Made by a program: the position numbers and the translations under genes. Shown piece by piece: positions 63,007 to 64,000 of a stretch of 64,000 nt of DNA (the stretch's first letter is position 1; each line of letters begins with the position of its first letter). A model generated the notes under the pieces. The model was not told where the DNA came from and ran no database searches. It saw only the letters and a program-made list of their open reading frames with translations. Source of the DNA: Klebsormidium nitens (taxonomy: Eukaryota > Plantae > Klebsormidiophyceae); NCBI GenBank assembly GCA_000708835.1, contig DF237457.1, positions 2,678-66,677 on the forward strand, in the 5' to 3' direction.

Positions 63007-64000
63007 GGGCGGAGAAGGCCCACAGCGGAACCTGTGGGCGAAGGGTGGGGGAATAGCGGGTACAGTGGAGGTGGGAAATAATACCCTAATCTTGTACAAT
63101 GGAGCTCTACATAAAGACCGATAGATGTTCATGTTGTTACGGATGCGAGTATCTCGTGACCATGTTCTATACATACTGGAATCCTGAATTCAAACCCTGC
63201 GTATCTGTCGCCCTGCGCTTTCAAGTGCCAGCCTTGTTGCAGGCCCGGTGCAAACATAGCTTCAACAGCCTAGCTGACGTGTATTGGCTTGTAATGTGCA
63301 ACGATACAGTATTTCAAGAGCTGGCCGGTGCACGAACACTCTGAAAACGTACATACGCATCTGCGGCAAATGCCCAAATCCATGCCACGCCAGCGGGCGC
63401 GTATGCAACTCCTTTCAACGGTTCATGGGCCATATACTGTATTTGCGTGCTTTTCCCAATAACGATAAGTGTACACTCTACTCAGCGCCAGAATATTCAT
63501 CCACGCATGATACTAAGTTCTGCGTCATATTGAATGTATTGAGAACCTCATGCAATTATCTAGCTCAGTATCTCATGCATGCACTGCAGATCTTGTTGCG
63601 ATCTGCGTCGTCGAATTACTTGGGCACTACAGATATGATATGTACTATAACAATGCCAATAGCGTTGTAGAAGAAGCTTGCGGACCCGCCCCTATCTTTC
63701 TGACATTTCAAGATTCGATCGAAGCGATAAGGTGTAATCTTGCCCGTCAAATCATCATCGACGGTCCGCGCAGCCCTCAGGCAAATTGAGGCAATTTGCA
63801 GTGTCAATCGACCCAGACCGTACGGAACTTGGAAATCGAACCGCCGCGCACGTCGGTACTTATATTTTGACACGCGGCGCGCGGTAAAGTCAGCCAGCTG
63901 TATTCTCTAGAGAGCACCCCCCTATGGCCACTGCCCACTCTCGGGGTTTAGCGCCACGTGGCAAGGGTGATCGGAGTTACGGCGCACTATGCGCGCGCGG

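Overview
Eukaryotic nuclear DNA with intron-rich genes (GT..AG introns, typically GTGAG/GTAAG...TGCAG). Plant-specific families (TIGR01589/A_thal_3526, VPS9a-type C-terminus, plant SRS2-type helicase) point to a streptophyte alga such as Klebsormidium; this is an inference, not a database match. I spliced 13 genes by hand plus one partial exon: a partial NOL/NYC1-like SDR exon, a tail-anchored coiled-coil protein (KASH candidate), an SRS2/UvrD helicase, two paralogous F-box/LRR genes (one broken by an 8-nt deletion), a HAD-IB hydrolase, a nucleotidyltransferase-JmjC fusion, a small orphan gene, a TRF4/PAPD5 poly(A) polymerase, frataxin, COQ10, an unknown organelle-targeted protein, VPS9 and a TIGR01589 protein. 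There is a 373-N assembly gap. The most striking item is a ~965-aa protein that fuses a bacterial-type Pol-beta nucleotidyltransferase (with its helical partner domain) to an intact JmjC/cupin dioxygenase. It sits head-to-head with a bacterial-type HAD-IB phosphatase. Non-coding DNA holds a Tourist-like MITE with a TTA target-site duplication, two related elements with a telomere-like core, a LINE-like 3' tail and CATG-rich islands. No tRNA, rRNA or CRISPR array was found. All exon coordinates are manual predictions without transcript support.
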